Positions 9,838 through 20,062 of a stretch of DNA of 64,000 bases are shown here, one piece after another; position 1 is the stretch's first letter, and each line of letters begins with the position of its first letter. Source of the DNA: a virus. Where the stretch lies: the IMG/VR virus record IMGVR_UViG_3300049893_003686, one strand, 5' to 3'. Both the position numbers and the translations under genes were made by a program. The notes beneath the pieces were generated by a model, which was not told the origin of the DNA, did no database searches, and saw only the letters and a list, made by a program, of their open reading frames with translations.

Positions 9838-10827
9838 ATGCTAATTCCATGGAAAACAATACGCTCATTGCTATTTCGTCTAGATGCGGAAGATGCACAT
9901 AGTTTAGCAATTAAATATTTAAAAATATTATCCAAAGCACTCCCAGCTACATCACCAAATATTAGCTCCCCTGTAGAAGTATTCGGCGTACAATTTCCTA
10001 ACCCTTTAGGCTTAGCAGCTGGATTTGATAAAGACGGTGAAGCCATACTTGCCTGGCAAAGACTTGGCTTCGGATTTGTTGAAGCAGGGACAGTAACCGC
10101 ACATCCTCAACAAGGAAATCCTCGTCCGCGTCTAACTAGGATACCAGAGCACTATGCGCTTAAAAATTGTATGGGCTTCAATAATGCCGGAGCCAAGGCC
10201 TTAGGAATTAAGCTGCAAAAGTTACGCGACAAAGAAATAGTAAATATTCCAATAGGAATTAATATTGGAAAATCAAAAATAGTATCAAATGAAGAGGTAA
10301 TACAAGACTATTGCAAGTCGTTCTCATATATAAAAGACGTAGCTGATTATGTCGCAATAAATATCTCAAGCCCAAACACTCCAAGCTTACGAGATCTTCA
10401 GACTGCTAATATGATTAAAAAAATCATGGATGCTTTAATGGAATTAAATCGCAAGCAGGTACCGATACTTATCAAACTTTCTCCAGATTTGGATGATGAT
10501 ACATTAATAAGCTGTGCCATAGGAGCTATTGACTGTGGAGCCCAAGGTCTTATATTAGCAAATACATCTACCTCTACAGGACTGATGCCTAACATGAGCG
10601 GAGGAGTTTCCGGTCAACCTATACGAGAGCGAGCGAATTCCACAATTAAACTCATTAGGACTGCCGTTAGTGATAAGATTCCATTAATTGGAGTTGGAGG
10701 AATAATTGATCATAATGATGCCAACGAGAGGATTAAATCAGGAGCTACGCTTATACAGGCATACACTGGATTTGTTTATGGTGGACCATCGTTTGCAAAA
10801 GACATCATTCGACAATTAGATATATGA
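9838..10827 (+). CDS. pyrD: Dihydroorotate dehydrogenase, quinone-dependent class 2 (PyrD).
   Basis: Near-collinear with E. coli PyrD: FRLDAEDAH, NPLGLAAGFDKDGEA, CMGFNNAGAKAL, INIGKSK, VAINISSPNTPSLR, IGVGGI. ATG 9838 gives MLIPWKTIRSLLFRLD. Confidence 0.9.
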   Translation: MLIPWKTIRSLLFRLDAEDAHSLAIKYLKILSKALPATSPNISSPVEVFGVQFPNPLGLAAGFDKDGEAILAWQRLGFGFVEAGTVTAHPQQGNPRPRLTRIPEHYALKNCMGFNNAGAKALGIKLQKLRDKEIVNIPIGINIGKSKIVSNEEVIQDYCKSFSYIKDVADYVAINISSPNTPSLRDLQTANMIKKIMDALMELNRKQVPILIKLSPDLDDDTLISCAIGAIDCGAQGLILANTSTSTGLMPNMSGGVSGQPIRERANSTIKLIRTAVSDKIPLIGVGGIIDHNDANERIKSGATLIQAYTGFVYGGPSFAKDIIRQLDI

Positions 10828-10828
10828 A

Positions 10829-11035
10829 ATGCAGTTCATAGATAAAAATACATACATTGTAATGCTATGGAATATGATACATGGCTGGATACCAGTCACA
10901 AACCCTTTAACTCAAGAGCTAGCAGAAGCCGCATGGCATAGTTTAACGTGTTCAGGCACACTAAATTCCAAATACGAAGACGGCAATTACTTTAAGATCT
11001 TCATACATAGCACTACAGATACCATACAGGATTAA
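10829..11035 (+). CDS. Hypothetical small protein.
   Basis: 68-aa ORF immediately after pyrD. Confidence 0.4.
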   Translation: MQFIDKNTYIVMLWNMIHGWIPVTNPLTQELAEAAWHSLTCSGTLNSKYEDGNYFKIFIHSTTDTIQD

Positions 11036-11039
11036 CAAA

Positions 11040-12137
11040 ATGAAGCTACCGACATTATTTTCTCGTACCTCCAGTGGGGCTATCCAAATATGGGAAGTTG
11101 AAGTAATTGATAATAAACATCGCGTAATATCAGGACAGATTGATGGGCAAAAAGTTCAGTCAGAATGGACTGTGTGCGTATCAAAAAATATCGGAAAAAG
11201 CAATGAGACATCTCCAGCTCAGCAGGCCGAACTAGAAGCAGGAGCTAAGTGGAAGAAGAAATTAGAGTCCGGCTATAAGGAGTCTATAGCCGATATAGAT
11301 CAGGTAGGTTTTATTGAGCCAATGCTAGCCAAATCATTTAGTGATTATGAACACGAGATCAAATATCCTGTGTTTAGTCAGCCTAAGTATGACGGGATTA
11401 GGTGTGTAGCTACAAAAAATGGCCTCAGTAGTAGAGGTGGCAAAAGATTCTCTAGCGTACCTCATATAATGGAGGCACTACGACCAATATTTGATAAATT
11501 CCCGCAGCTAGCTTTTGACGGCGAACTATACTGCGATAAATTTGCTAATGATTTTAATCAAATATGCTCTCTCGTAAAGAAGTCAAAGCCATCTACTCAA
11601 GACCTTAAAAATAGTGCTGAAGCAATAGAGTATTGGGTATATGATATTCCCAATGATGAGATGAACATATTTTCAGACCGATATGAGCTACTAGCCACTT
11701 TATTAAAAGATGCGCCAAAGTGCATTAGGATTGTTCCCACACGAATAGTCTATGATAAGTCCCAATTAGATAACGAATATTCTTCATACCTAGAGTTAGG
11801 ATATGAAGGACAGATGGTTCGACTTAATGGCCCTTATGAGAATAAGAGAAGCAAGTTTCTCTTAAAAAGAAAAGAATTTGTTGATAATGAATATCTGATA
11901 GTTGATATAATTGAGGGCGACGGCAACAAGAGTAATATGGCAGCCTCTATGCTATTGCGAGACTCTACTAGTAAAGAATTTAATTCAAATATTAAAGGTA
12001 ATAGACAATATCTACGCAAACTCTTAATAGACAAGAATAACCTTTTAGGCAAACTGGCAACAGTGAAATATTTTAATTTAACGCCTGATGGTATACCTAG
12101 ATTCCCATATGTGATTGCCATAAGAGATTATGAGTAG
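11040..12137 (+). CDS. ATP-dependent DNA ligase (small phage/viral type).
   Basis: Motif I KYDGIRC, motif IV EGQMVR and motif V FLLKRK. 365 aa, typical of minimal viral ligases. Confidence 0.8.
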   Translation: MKLPTLFSRTSSGAIQIWEVEVIDNKHRVISGQIDGQKVQSEWTVCVSKNIGKSNETSPAQQAELEAGAKWKKKLESGYKESIADIDQVGFIEPMLAKSFSDYEHEIKYPVFSQPKYDGIRCVATKNGLSSRGGKRFSSVPHIMEALRPIFDKFPQLAFDGELYCDKFANDFNQICSLVKKSKPSTQDLKNSAEAIEYWVYDIPNDEMNIFSDRYELLATLLKDAPKCIRIVPTRIVYDKSQLDNEYSSYLELGYEGQMVRLNGPYENKRSKFLLKRKEFVDNEYLIVDIIEGDGNKSNMAASMLLRDSTSKEFNSNIKGNRQYLRKLLIDKNNLLGKLATVKYFNLTPDGIPRFPYVIAIRDYE

Positions 12138-12161
12138 AGATATTACAATATAGGAGCGGCA

Positions 12162-13163
12162 GTGACTTTAAATAGTGATTGGCAAATGGCCAAAGTGACA
12201 GACCCTAATATAATAAATTTGGCTGTAGGGGAACCATACTTCCTGCAAAATGCATTGCGACAAAGTAATATTCTAGATAAATGTACTGTACGACTATCTG
12301 GTTTAGAGTACCCACCTTTTGGAGGAGAACCTAAATTAATTGAAGCTATCAAACGGTTGCCTAACTTCGGTGACTATAAGCATGTAGTAATTACTAATGG
12401 GGCAAAGCAGGCCATCTCAGCAGCACTGTATGCTGCAACTGAAGTTAGGCATGCCAAGCGACTCGTACATAGTGCCCCATACTGGCCGTCGTACCCAACT
12501 CTAGCATATCAATGTGGACTTCAGTTCTCTGAAATAGGGAGTGGGTTAGATACGGTAGTTGCCATAACATCGCCAAATAATCCAGATGGAATGCAGGTAT
12601 CGGAACAGAAGTGTTATATTTGGGACGCAGCATATGCGTCTCCTCTATATGGATATAAGGGGGATCATCCGACTGCTGAAGTAGCTATAGTAAGCCTAGC
12701 TAAGTCTTTAGGCATATCAGGGTTACGTATAGGAGCAGCACTTACAAATGATGATGTGCTGGCAAAGTACATGGCATATTTCGTTGAAATATCAACTAGC
12801 GGAGTATCTACAACAGCACAAGAGCAGTGTACAATGCTCATCAAGCATATACTTTCAGATGGAAGTGACGAATTCGCTTCAGTTATTGAGCGCGCTAGAA
12901 GCACACTATCGAACAATCGCAGCTTATTTCGTCAAGTATTATTACCGATTTGTGATGAGGCCAAATTTTCTCACGGTATGTTTGCCTGGTTTAAGCCCAA
13001 TAATAAAGTTGAATTCTCAAATATACTTGAGCATGCAGGAGTTAGGGTAGTAGATGGAGGGGCCTGCGGCGTTCAGGGATGGTTTAGAATGAGTTTAGGA
13101 CTGGATATAAATGCATTTACTGCAGCGATAGAAGCGATATCAACACATATATCAGATCAATAA
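12162..13163 (+). CDS. Class I/II PLP-dependent aminotransferase-like protein.
   Basis: VITNGAKQAISAAL and SLAKSLGISGLRIGAAL resemble the aminotransferase PLP-lysine motif (SxxKxxGxxGxRxG). GTG start. Confidence 0.55.
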   Translation: MTLNSDWQMAKVTDPNIINLAVGEPYFLQNALRQSNILDKCTVRLSGLEYPPFGGEPKLIEAIKRLPNFGDYKHVVITNGAKQAISAALYAATEVRHAKRLVHSAPYWPSYPTLAYQCGLQFSEIGSGLDTVVAITSPNNPDGMQVSEQKCYIWDAAYASPLYGYKGDHPTAEVAIVSLAKSLGISGLRIGAALTNDDVLAKYMAYFVEISTSGVSTTAQEQCTMLIKHILSDGSDEFASVIERARSTLSNNRSLFRQVLLPICDEAKFSHGMFAWFKPNNKVEFSNILEHAGVRVVDGGACGVQGWFRMSLGLDINAFTAAIEAISTHISDQ

Positions 13164-13186
13164 AATTCATAATATTAGGAGATAAT

Positions 13187-13396
13187 ATGCCGTTATTTGA
13201 TTACAAATGTAAGTTATGTAATAGTAAAACAGAGTATCTACTCAAAAATAGCGATGAGATTCCCTATATATGCGAGAATTGTGGGGCAGTATTATCATTA
13301 GTTAAAGAGATATCTAGAAGCACATTTGCATTAAAGGGCTCTGGATGGTATAAGGACCTCTATGGAAATAAATCAGAGACGTCATCAAGTAATTAA
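13187..13396 (+). CDS. FmdB-like zinc-ribbon small protein.
   Basis: CKLCNS...CENCG is a two-CxxC ribbon. RBS AGGAGA upstream. Confidence 0.5.
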   Translation: MPLFDYKCKLCNSKTEYLLKNSDEIPYICENCGAVLSLVKEISRSTFALKGSGWYKDLYGNKSETSSSN

Positions 13397-13557
13397 TTAC
13401 ACCAGTGTAGCTAAGCATACATATTAAGATTGATTACTGCATAAGGAAATATGCAGGCTATGCAATCACAAAAGCTGGTTACCAACGAAGCTTTCAGCTC
13501 ACAATATAATAGATGAGTAAAGTATAAAGATTCACTCTCTTCAAGGAAAGATTACAA

Positions 13558-14136
13558 ATGACTATATGGTTCACCAGCGACCTTCATTTCGGACACGCAA
13601 ATATCATCAAATACTGCAAAAGACCCTATTCTAATGTTGATGATATGAATGAAGCTCTAATAGATAATTGGAATAGCATAGTGCAGAAGGATGATATTGT
13701 ATATGTCCTAGGAGATTTTGCATACGGAAGGCACTTTACACCAGATAAAGCAGCGCGTGTGCTACAGAGATTATCAGGGATTAAAGTTCTAATTGCCGGA
13801 AACCATGATGAAGACAACTTAAGATCTTCACAATTTCGCTCTAAGTTCGAAGAGATACATTCATTATTTGAGCTAAAAATTCCACCAAAGCGTGGTGAAC
13901 GACACGGCACTATGATTGTAATGTGCCATTACCCTATGCGCAAATGGAATCAGTCACATAGAGGATCTATTCATCTGTTCGGACATGAGCATGGGTCTTC
14001 GCCTGAAGATAAGGCATCTCGTAGTATGGATGTTGGAGTAGATTGCCATAATTATTACCCAATTTCTTTTGAAGAAGTTTTGGAAAAAATGGAAACTAAG
14101 ACCTGGAAGCCCAAACGAAATAATAATGAGGAATAG
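13558..14136 (+). CDS. Calcineurin-like metallophosphoesterase.
   Basis: Motifs SDLHFGH, GDFAYG, GNHD and GHEHG. Confidence 0.8.
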   Translation: MTIWFTSDLHFGHANIIKYCKRPYSNVDDMNEALIDNWNSIVQKDDIVYVLGDFAYGRHFTPDKAARVLQRLSGIKVLIAGNHDEDNLRSSQFRSKFEEIHSLFELKIPPKRGERHGTMIVMCHYPMRKWNQSHRGSIHLFGHEHGSSPEDKASRSMDVGVDCHNYYPISFEEVLEKMETKTWKPKRNNNEE

Positions 14137-14139
14137 AAA

Positions 14140-14592
14140 ATGAAGAAGGCATATATCTACGCACCGTTACCACAAGCAGTTCATCATTATTTTCCCAAAG
14201 ATCGAGGAGGAGATGATGACAGCGAACCACACTGTACGATCTTATATGTTGGCGAGATACAAGATTCACTAATACCTAAGTTAAAACAGATTCTTGATGA
14301 AGCTACAAGTGATATGCCACCTATCAAATGTAGTTTTGGACAATTAAAATCATTTCCGGGCGGGGAATACGGAGTGCCGTGGTACGTAGAGATAGATGCG
14401 GATCAAGCACTAGAGCAATTACATAAATCATTATGGAAGAACCTAGAAAACGCAGGTATTGATGTACAGCACAGGTTTAAAAACTATAAGCCACACGCTA
14501 CACTCAAATATCTTCCTGAAGGTAAGAAATATTCCGGAGATATTCCTGTAGGCGACTTCAGTATTTCTGTGGTAGAATTAGATATCCAATAA
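14140..14592 (+). CDS. 2H phosphoesterase (LigT / 2'-5' RNA ligase-like).
   Basis: Two H-x-T-x motifs (HCTILYVG and HATLKYL), typical of the 2H family. Confidence 0.6.
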   Translation: MKKAYIYAPLPQAVHHYFPKDRGGDDDSEPHCTILYVGEIQDSLIPKLKQILDEATSDMPPIKCSFGQLKSFPGGEYGVPWYVEIDADQALEQLHKSLWKNLENAGIDVQHRFKNYKPHATLKYLPEGKKYSGDIPVGDFSISVVELDIQ

Positions 14593-14627
14593 CCATAATT
14601 ATAGTATAATTAGAAGTAATATCAATT

Positions 14628-17222
14628 ATGAATCCAGGCAAATATACACTACAAGCACAGTCTCTATTTATTGACAGCCAGCGAATTGCTAAAGCATATC
14701 AGCACCAGGCAATTGAGCCCGAGCATATGCTGAAGGCACTATTGCAAAATAAGCATGTCTGCAGTGCATTAAGCAAATATACTATCATTAGCGAGCTTGA
14801 GCGTAAAATAGATTTAGAACTACATAAGATACCTCAAGTGCAGGCAGTGAATTATTTGTCACCACGATTTCTTAAAATTGCTTCTGCAGCAGAGGTAATC
14901 GCTACAAAAGCAAACGTTAAGACCGACATAGTGCATTTCTTACTAGCTCTTACCGACGCACGTGTAAATACTTCGATGAGCGGAAGAATATTGCGCGATG
15001 CGGGCTTGACCAGAGAGTATATCGAAGGTGGTATGGCAAGAGCTGGTAAGCCAAAGCAGAAAGCAACAACGGACTCTGCAGTTAGCAAATACGCCATTGA
15101 TCTCACTCAGCGCGCTAGGGACGGGAAAATAGACCCTATAATTGGCAGGGACGAGGAGATACGTAGAATCATTCAGGTTCTCTCCCGACGTTCGAAGAAT
15201 AGTCCAATTCTAATAGGCAAACCAGGTGTAGGGAAAAATACAATTATAAATGGGCTTGCACAGCGAATTGCGGCAGGAGATGTCCCATCCCCACTAATAG
15301 ATTGTAGAATCATGGCGCTAGATATGGGAGCGCTGTTGGCCGGAGCATCATTGCGTGGCCAATTCGAAGAGCGCATGAAGGCAGTAATTGCTGAGGTAAA
15401 TCAAGAAGATGAGAATATCATTTTGTTTATCGATGAAATCCATACATTGGTAGGAGCCGGTGGAGAGGGGGCATCTGATGCTAGTCAGATGCTAAAACCC
15501 CCGCTTGCTCGTGGCGAGATTCAGGTACTTGGAGCTACCACACCAGACGAATATCGCAATTCAATCGAGAAAGATAAGGCTTTGGAGCGTAGATTCCAAC
15601 CCATTCTTGTCGAAGAACCATCATATGATGAGACATTGCGAATTTTACGCGGAATAAAGACCAAATATGAAGTTCATCACGGGGTTCGCATCCAAGATGC
15701 TTCCCTATCTGCTGCCATAAAGTTCTCACAACGGTATATATCTGGACGACATCTACCAGATAAAGCCATTGATTTAATTGATGAGGCAGCCTCTAGGTTG
15801 CGGGTGGCAATAGATTCTGTGCCAGATGAGCTTGATAGTGAAAGTAGAAAGCTAACTCAATTAAAGATGGAATTAGCTGCAATTCATGGTGACTCTGGAC
15901 ACGATACGCACGAGCATAAGAGTAGATTGGAGCATCAAATTTCAGAGGCGGAGAAATCAGTATCAGGATTGAAGTCCAGATGGGAATCCGAGGTTAGCCT
16001 TATACAATCAATTAGGGCTATCAAGGAAGGTATAGAAGAGTCTAGCGCTAAGCTAGAATCCGAAACTAGAAGTGGAAATATAAGCAAGGCCTCAGAATTA
16101 AAGTACGGACAACTACAACGTCTAAAGGCAGATTTAGAAGTAACTACACGCGATTTAAAATCACTACAAAAAGATGCCCCGCTTATCAAAGAAGAGGTAG
16201 ATCCTAGCGATATTGCCGGCGTAGTAGGTGACATTACAGGAATTCCAATTGCATCAATGCTAGAGTCCGAAAAGGAAAAGCTGCGCAACATGGAACAGTA
16301 CTTATCATCACGTGTAATTGGACAAAAGGAGGCATTAAAGGCGATATCTCAAGCCATTCGCCGTAGTCGCTCAGGCCTTAATGATCCAAATCGACCAGTA
16401 GGTAGCTTCTTTTTTCTGGGCCCAACAGGTGTCGGGAAAACTGAGTTAGCTAAAGCGCTTACCCAATTTCTCTTTGATGACGAACGATCTATGATTCGCT
16501 TGGATATGAGTGAATTCCAAGAAAAGCATACTGTAGCGCGACTTATCGGAGCTCCTCCAGGATATAAAGGTGCCGATGATGGAGGGCAATTAACTGAAGC
16601 CGTCAGACTTAAACCATACTCAGTCATCCTATTTGACGAAGTAGAAAAAGCGCACCCTGATATATTCAATATATTATTGCAAGTACTTGATGATGGTCGA
16701 CTAACAGATAGTCAGAGTAGGCTCGTAGATTTCAAGAATACGGTTATTATTATGACATCAAATGTAGGTTCGCAGCATCTACTTACAGCTACAGCCAGTG
16801 ATGGCAGTCTGCCTGATGAGGCAAAAAATGCAGCATTCTCCGATCTACGAAAGTTATTTAGACCAGAATTTCTTGGAAGAATTGATGACGTAATCATGTT
16901 TCACGGTCTCACCAGAAATAATATAGAACATATTGCCAACATTCAACTAAAGAAAGTTTCAGGAATGTTGGCGACACGTAAATTAACGATGAATATATCA
17001 GAAGCAGCACTTAAGGCCATAGTAGATGCTGGGTTTGAGCCACAATTCGGAGCACGACCATTAAGAAGAGCAATCCAGCGTTGGCTGCAAGATCCATTAT
17101 CTTCAGCTATTCTTGAAGGGGGCTACACAGAAGGTGACACCGTATCTGTAGATTTAGCAGAGGATGATGAAAATACAGGCCTTATATTTAGGCGTATAAA
17201 CACTAATGTGAAAAGCAACTAA
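14628..17222 (+). CDS. clpB: ClpB/Hsp104-type AAA+ disaggregase (two AAA modules plus an N-domain).
   Basis: Clp_N repeats (AIEPEHMLKALLQ). Walker A1 GKPGVGKNT. Coiled-coil M-domain. Walker A2 FLGPTGVGKTELAKAL. Sensor PEFLGRID. Confidence 0.9.
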   Translation: MNPGKYTLQAQSLFIDSQRIAKAYQHQAIEPEHMLKALLQNKHVCSALSKYTIISELERKIDLELHKIPQVQAVNYLSPRFLKIASAAEVIATKANVKTDIVHFLLALTDARVNTSMSGRILRDAGLTREYIEGGMARAGKPKQKATTDSAVSKYAIDLTQRARDGKIDPIIGRDEEIRRIIQVLSRRSKNSPILIGKPGVGKNTIINGLAQRIAAGDVPSPLIDCRIMALDMGALLAGASLRGQFEERMKAVIAEVNQEDENIILFIDEIHTLVGAGGEGASDASQMLKPPLARGEIQVLGATTPDEYRNSIEKDKALERRFQPILVEEPSYDETLRILRGIKTKYEVHHGVRIQDASLSAAIKFSQRYISGRHLPDKAIDLIDEAASRLRVAIDSVPDELDSESRKLTQLKMELAAIHGDSGHDTHEHKSRLEHQISEAEKSVSGLKSRWESEVSLIQSIRAIKEGIEESSAKLESETRSGNISKASELKYGQLQRLKADLEVTTRDLKSLQKDAPLIKEEVDPSDIAGVVGDITGIPIASMLESEKEKLRNMEQYLSSRVIGQKEALKAISQAIRRSRSGLNDPNRPVGSFFFLGPTGVGKTELAKALTQFLFDDERSMIRLDMSEFQEKHTVARLIGAPPGYKGADDGGQLTEAVRLKPYSVILFDEVEKAHPDIFNILLQVLDDGRLTDSQSRLVDFKNTVIIMTSNVGSQHLLTATASDGSLPDEAKNAAFSDLRKLFRPEFLGRIDDVIMFHGLTRNNIEHIANIQLKKVSGMLATRKLTMNISEAALKAIVDAGFEPQFGARPLRRAIQRWLQDPLSSAILEGGYTEGDTVSVDLAEDDENTGLIFRRINTNVKSN

Positions 17223-17278
17223 TATAGTCCTGCAGTAACGGAAATCATAATAATGACTACCTCCTATAAAGAGAATAT

Positions 17279-18409
17279 ATGAAATTCCCTATTATCGAGC
17301 ACACAATTTTACTTACAATAGCAGGCTCTAGGAGTTACGGTATGCACAAAAGTGACTCCGATATAGACCTAAAAGGGATAGCCATCCCTCCTATAGATTC
17401 CTATATTGGAGTTTTACCAAATTTCGAACAAGTAGAGTCATCAGAAGCAATGATGGTATATTATCCTCTACTATCGAATGATGAGAAAGATATTTCAGAT
17501 AAATATAAGCTTGAAGGGGTTATATATGATTTGCGTAAATTCATACGACTGGCATCTGGTTCAAATCCCAATATCTTAGATGTATTATTTTGCGATGATG
17601 AGCACGTCAGGTTCTCATCAAAGGCAGGAGATATCATAAGGGCTAGCAGAGATCTATTCATATCTGCACAGGCTAAGCATACATATTCTGGTTATGCAAC
17701 GGCGCAATTTAAGCGCATTAAGACTCATAGGGGATATCTGCTAAATGCTCCAAAGACAGAGCCAGACAGGAGTGAGTTCGGTCTATCAAAGGACCACTGC
17801 ATTCCACGTGCCCAGGTAGAGGCATCTTTATCAGAGATTAATAAGAAACTTGATGAGTGGGAATTAGATCTTAGCTCTATAGATTCTGAGTCTGACAGAA
17901 TGTCGATATTAAATAATATTGCACAAGTACTATCAGAAATAATGTCAACAACTGACTCTAAATGGAAGAGCTCCGCTAGAAACATCGGCTATGGCGATAA
18001 CCTTATTGAAATTCTAGACAAGGAGCGTAGATTTAGACAGGCTAAGAACGAATGGGATAAATATCAATATTGGAAGAAGGGGCGAAACTCAGCACGAGCG
18101 AAACTAGAAGAAAAATACGGGTATGATACCAAGCACGCTTCTCACTTAGTTAGATTAATGAGGATGTGTTATGAGATTTTAGTAGATGGCAAGGTCAATG
18201 TCAATCGCAAGAAAATAGATGCCGATGAATTAGTTGCGATTCGAGATGGCTCATGGAGCTACGATAAGCTAGAGGAATTCTTTATAACGATGGATAATAA
18301 ATGCAGCGAGCTGTATAATAGTAAGTCATATAGCATTCCACATAGGGTAGATATGAGTGCGATAAATGCATTGTGCGTACAACTCATCTCCGATAAGTAC
18401 AAAATGTGA
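17279..18409 (+). CDS. Pol-beta-superfamily nucleotidyltransferase domain protein.
   Basis: GSRSYGMHKSDSDIDLKG matches the GS...D.D minimal nucleotidyltransferase motif. The C-terminal region is unassigned. Confidence 0.5.
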   Translation: MKFPIIEHTILLTIAGSRSYGMHKSDSDIDLKGIAIPPIDSYIGVLPNFEQVESSEAMMVYYPLLSNDEKDISDKYKLEGVIYDLRKFIRLASGSNPNILDVLFCDDEHVRFSSKAGDIIRASRDLFISAQAKHTYSGYATAQFKRIKTHRGYLLNAPKTEPDRSEFGLSKDHCIPRAQVEASLSEINKKLDEWELDLSSIDSESDRMSILNNIAQVLSEIMSTTDSKWKSSARNIGYGDNLIEILDKERRFRQAKNEWDKYQYWKKGRNSARAKLEEKYGYDTKHASHLVRLMRMCYEILVDGKVNVNRKKIDADELVAIRDGSWSYDKLEEFFITMDNKCSELYNSKSYSIPHRVDMSAINALCVQLISDKYKM

Positions 18410-18649
18410 TAGCTTTAACTTTTAAAAGAAAATTGTGATATATGAATATTAAAGATTTGGATTCAGATAATAAGAAGGTTAAATTTAAGTTTTATCGTAA
18501 GGGTTATATGTATTATGAGACTGATACAGGTTTCCAGTACCAGCAGACGATTGCGGCGATGCGACATTCTTAGCAGAAGACCGAGCCATGTTATTTATGC
18601 GCTATATAAGAAAAGAACTTGAATTGACTCAATCGAACGAGTAATAGGC

Positions 18650-18997
18650 CTACAAGCCTAACTTATCAAGCTTATTATAGTACTGCCCATCTTCTTTCAG
18701 ATGAGCCCATGCTATACGTCCGGCATCAAGATAGTTGTGATGAATAACGTCAGTTTCTTGGTCATGCGAGCCATGCTCAAGCTCCACAGCTAATCCTCTG
18801 CGAAAATCATGCAAGCTAAATTTAGCAATACTGAAATCTATGCCTATAGCATCAGCTATTAATCTAGCCTCTTCAAGATCAAATGGAGGAGAGACGTCAT
18901 CTAAAATAGCAATAACGGTAATATCGACGGCATTAGCTAAAGAATAGTGAGCTATACTATCTAGATAATTAGCAATTTTAATTAAGGTATTTAGCAT
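18650..18997 (-). CDS. Hypothetical protein, paralog of the adjacent minus-strand gene.
   Basis: N-terminus MLNTLIKIANYLDSIAHYSLANAVD parallels MIEQLYKIANILDKSGLYSYADIID of the neighbour. Confidence 0.5.
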   Translation of the reverse strand: MLNTLIKIANYLDSIAHYSLANAVDITVIAILDDVSPPFDLEEARLIADAIGIDFSIAKFSLHDFRRGLAVELEHGSHDQETDVIHHNYLDAGRIAWAHLKEDGQYYNKLDKLGL

Positions 18998-18998
18998 A

Positions 18999-19355
18999 TT
19001 AATCTCTGCCAGGCCGAGTGGATGCTATACTGACGGTAATTGATGGGTATTTTCGCTTCACTGACTTAACCACAATATTAACGAGTTCCTGTAGCGTACC
19101 ATCCCACCATTCAGGCCTCTTCTTAAATTGATTAACACGAGCTAGTGCATTTCTAGCTTGAGTCAAGCTTCCTAACGGAAAATGATCTCTATTATCAGTT
19201 ACCTTTGGATGAGCGCTTGGTATAGCAGGATTTGCGCGATTGCGTGATTCATTAGCTGAAGCAAGGTGAATAATAAGGTCATCAATAATATCAGCATAGG
19301 AGTACAACCCAGACTTGTCAAGTATATTGGCAATTTTATATAATTGTTCGATCAT
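18999..19355 (-). CDS. Hypothetical protein, paralog of 18650-18997.
   Basis: Shared N-terminal helix motif. Tandem minus-strand pair inside a +-strand region. Confidence 0.5.
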   Translation of the reverse strand: MIEQLYKIANILDKSGLYSYADIIDDLIIHLASANESRNRANPAIPSAHPKVTDNRDHFPLGSLTQARNALARVNQFKKRPEWWDGTLQELVNIVVKSVKRKYPSITVSIASTRPGRD

Positions 19356-19375
19356 TTAAAGCCTCGAGGAGAAAA

Positions 19376-20062
19376 ATGCATTCTATAGTTACATATTATA
19401 ATAATAGAAATGGAGAGACAACTGAAATAATACAATCGATCATTCCGCACTCTCAAGTAGATTTTGATATAGATACATCTCAGTATTATACTCTCGATCC
19501 AGTCACAGAAAAGATGGTCTTACTTCACTCATTTAATGATGAGCCGTGCTTGATTGAAGTCGCGGATAGGCGCCATTGGATGTGGTATGGTGTCCTGCAT
19601 CGGACGTCAGGTCCGGCATTCGAGACATCATCAAATCAAGAATGGTTTGTATTTGGTCAGCCACTTGATCTAGAAGAGTTTGACCAATACAAGGACTATC
19701 TATTTAAAGTTGAGGCGATGGCATTGGCAAATGATATAGCCATGTACGACATTTCCCAGTCTTGCATAGTTGATAATGATGAGAGTATGAGCAAGTACAA
19801 ATACTGCTTATGCTTTCGCGACGAGAGAGAGATAATTCACTATGCGGCACACAATTCAGTTCCACTTAAAAATCTACAAACTGGAGAGGTATCGGTAGTT
19901 AAGCTGGACGAACTTAATGATGAAATTAATAAAGAGTACAATGTAGGCAGTACGATAGCTCTATCTATTATAGGAGCAGCCACAATAGCTATGATCAATA
20001 ATCTTTCTAATCCTAAGAAGGAATTAGTTACGGCAACAGATCGGAGGCAAATTAATGCTTGA
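19376..20062 (+). CDS. Hypothetical protein.
   Basis: 228-aa ORF. RBS GAGGAG upstream. Confidence 0.55.
   Translation: MHSIVTYYNNRNGETTEIIQSIIPHSQVDFDIDTSQYYTLDPVTEKMVLLHSFNDEPCLIEVADRRHWMWYGVLHRTSGPAFETSSNQEWFVFGQPLDLEEFDQYKDYLFKVEAMALANDIAMYDISQSCIVDNDESMSKYKYCLCFRDEREIIHYAAHNSVPLKNLQTGEVSVVKLDELNDEINKEYNVGSTIALSIIGAATIAMINNLSNPKKELVTATDRRQINA

Noticed and set aside
14852-16897. Several 60-120-aa minus-strand ORFs inside the clpB coding region, and similar antisense ORFs inside nadV, pyrD, ligase, Ro60, OmpA and the subtilase
   Set aside because: They are fully embedded antisense in well-supported long genes. They have no RBS and low-complexity translations.
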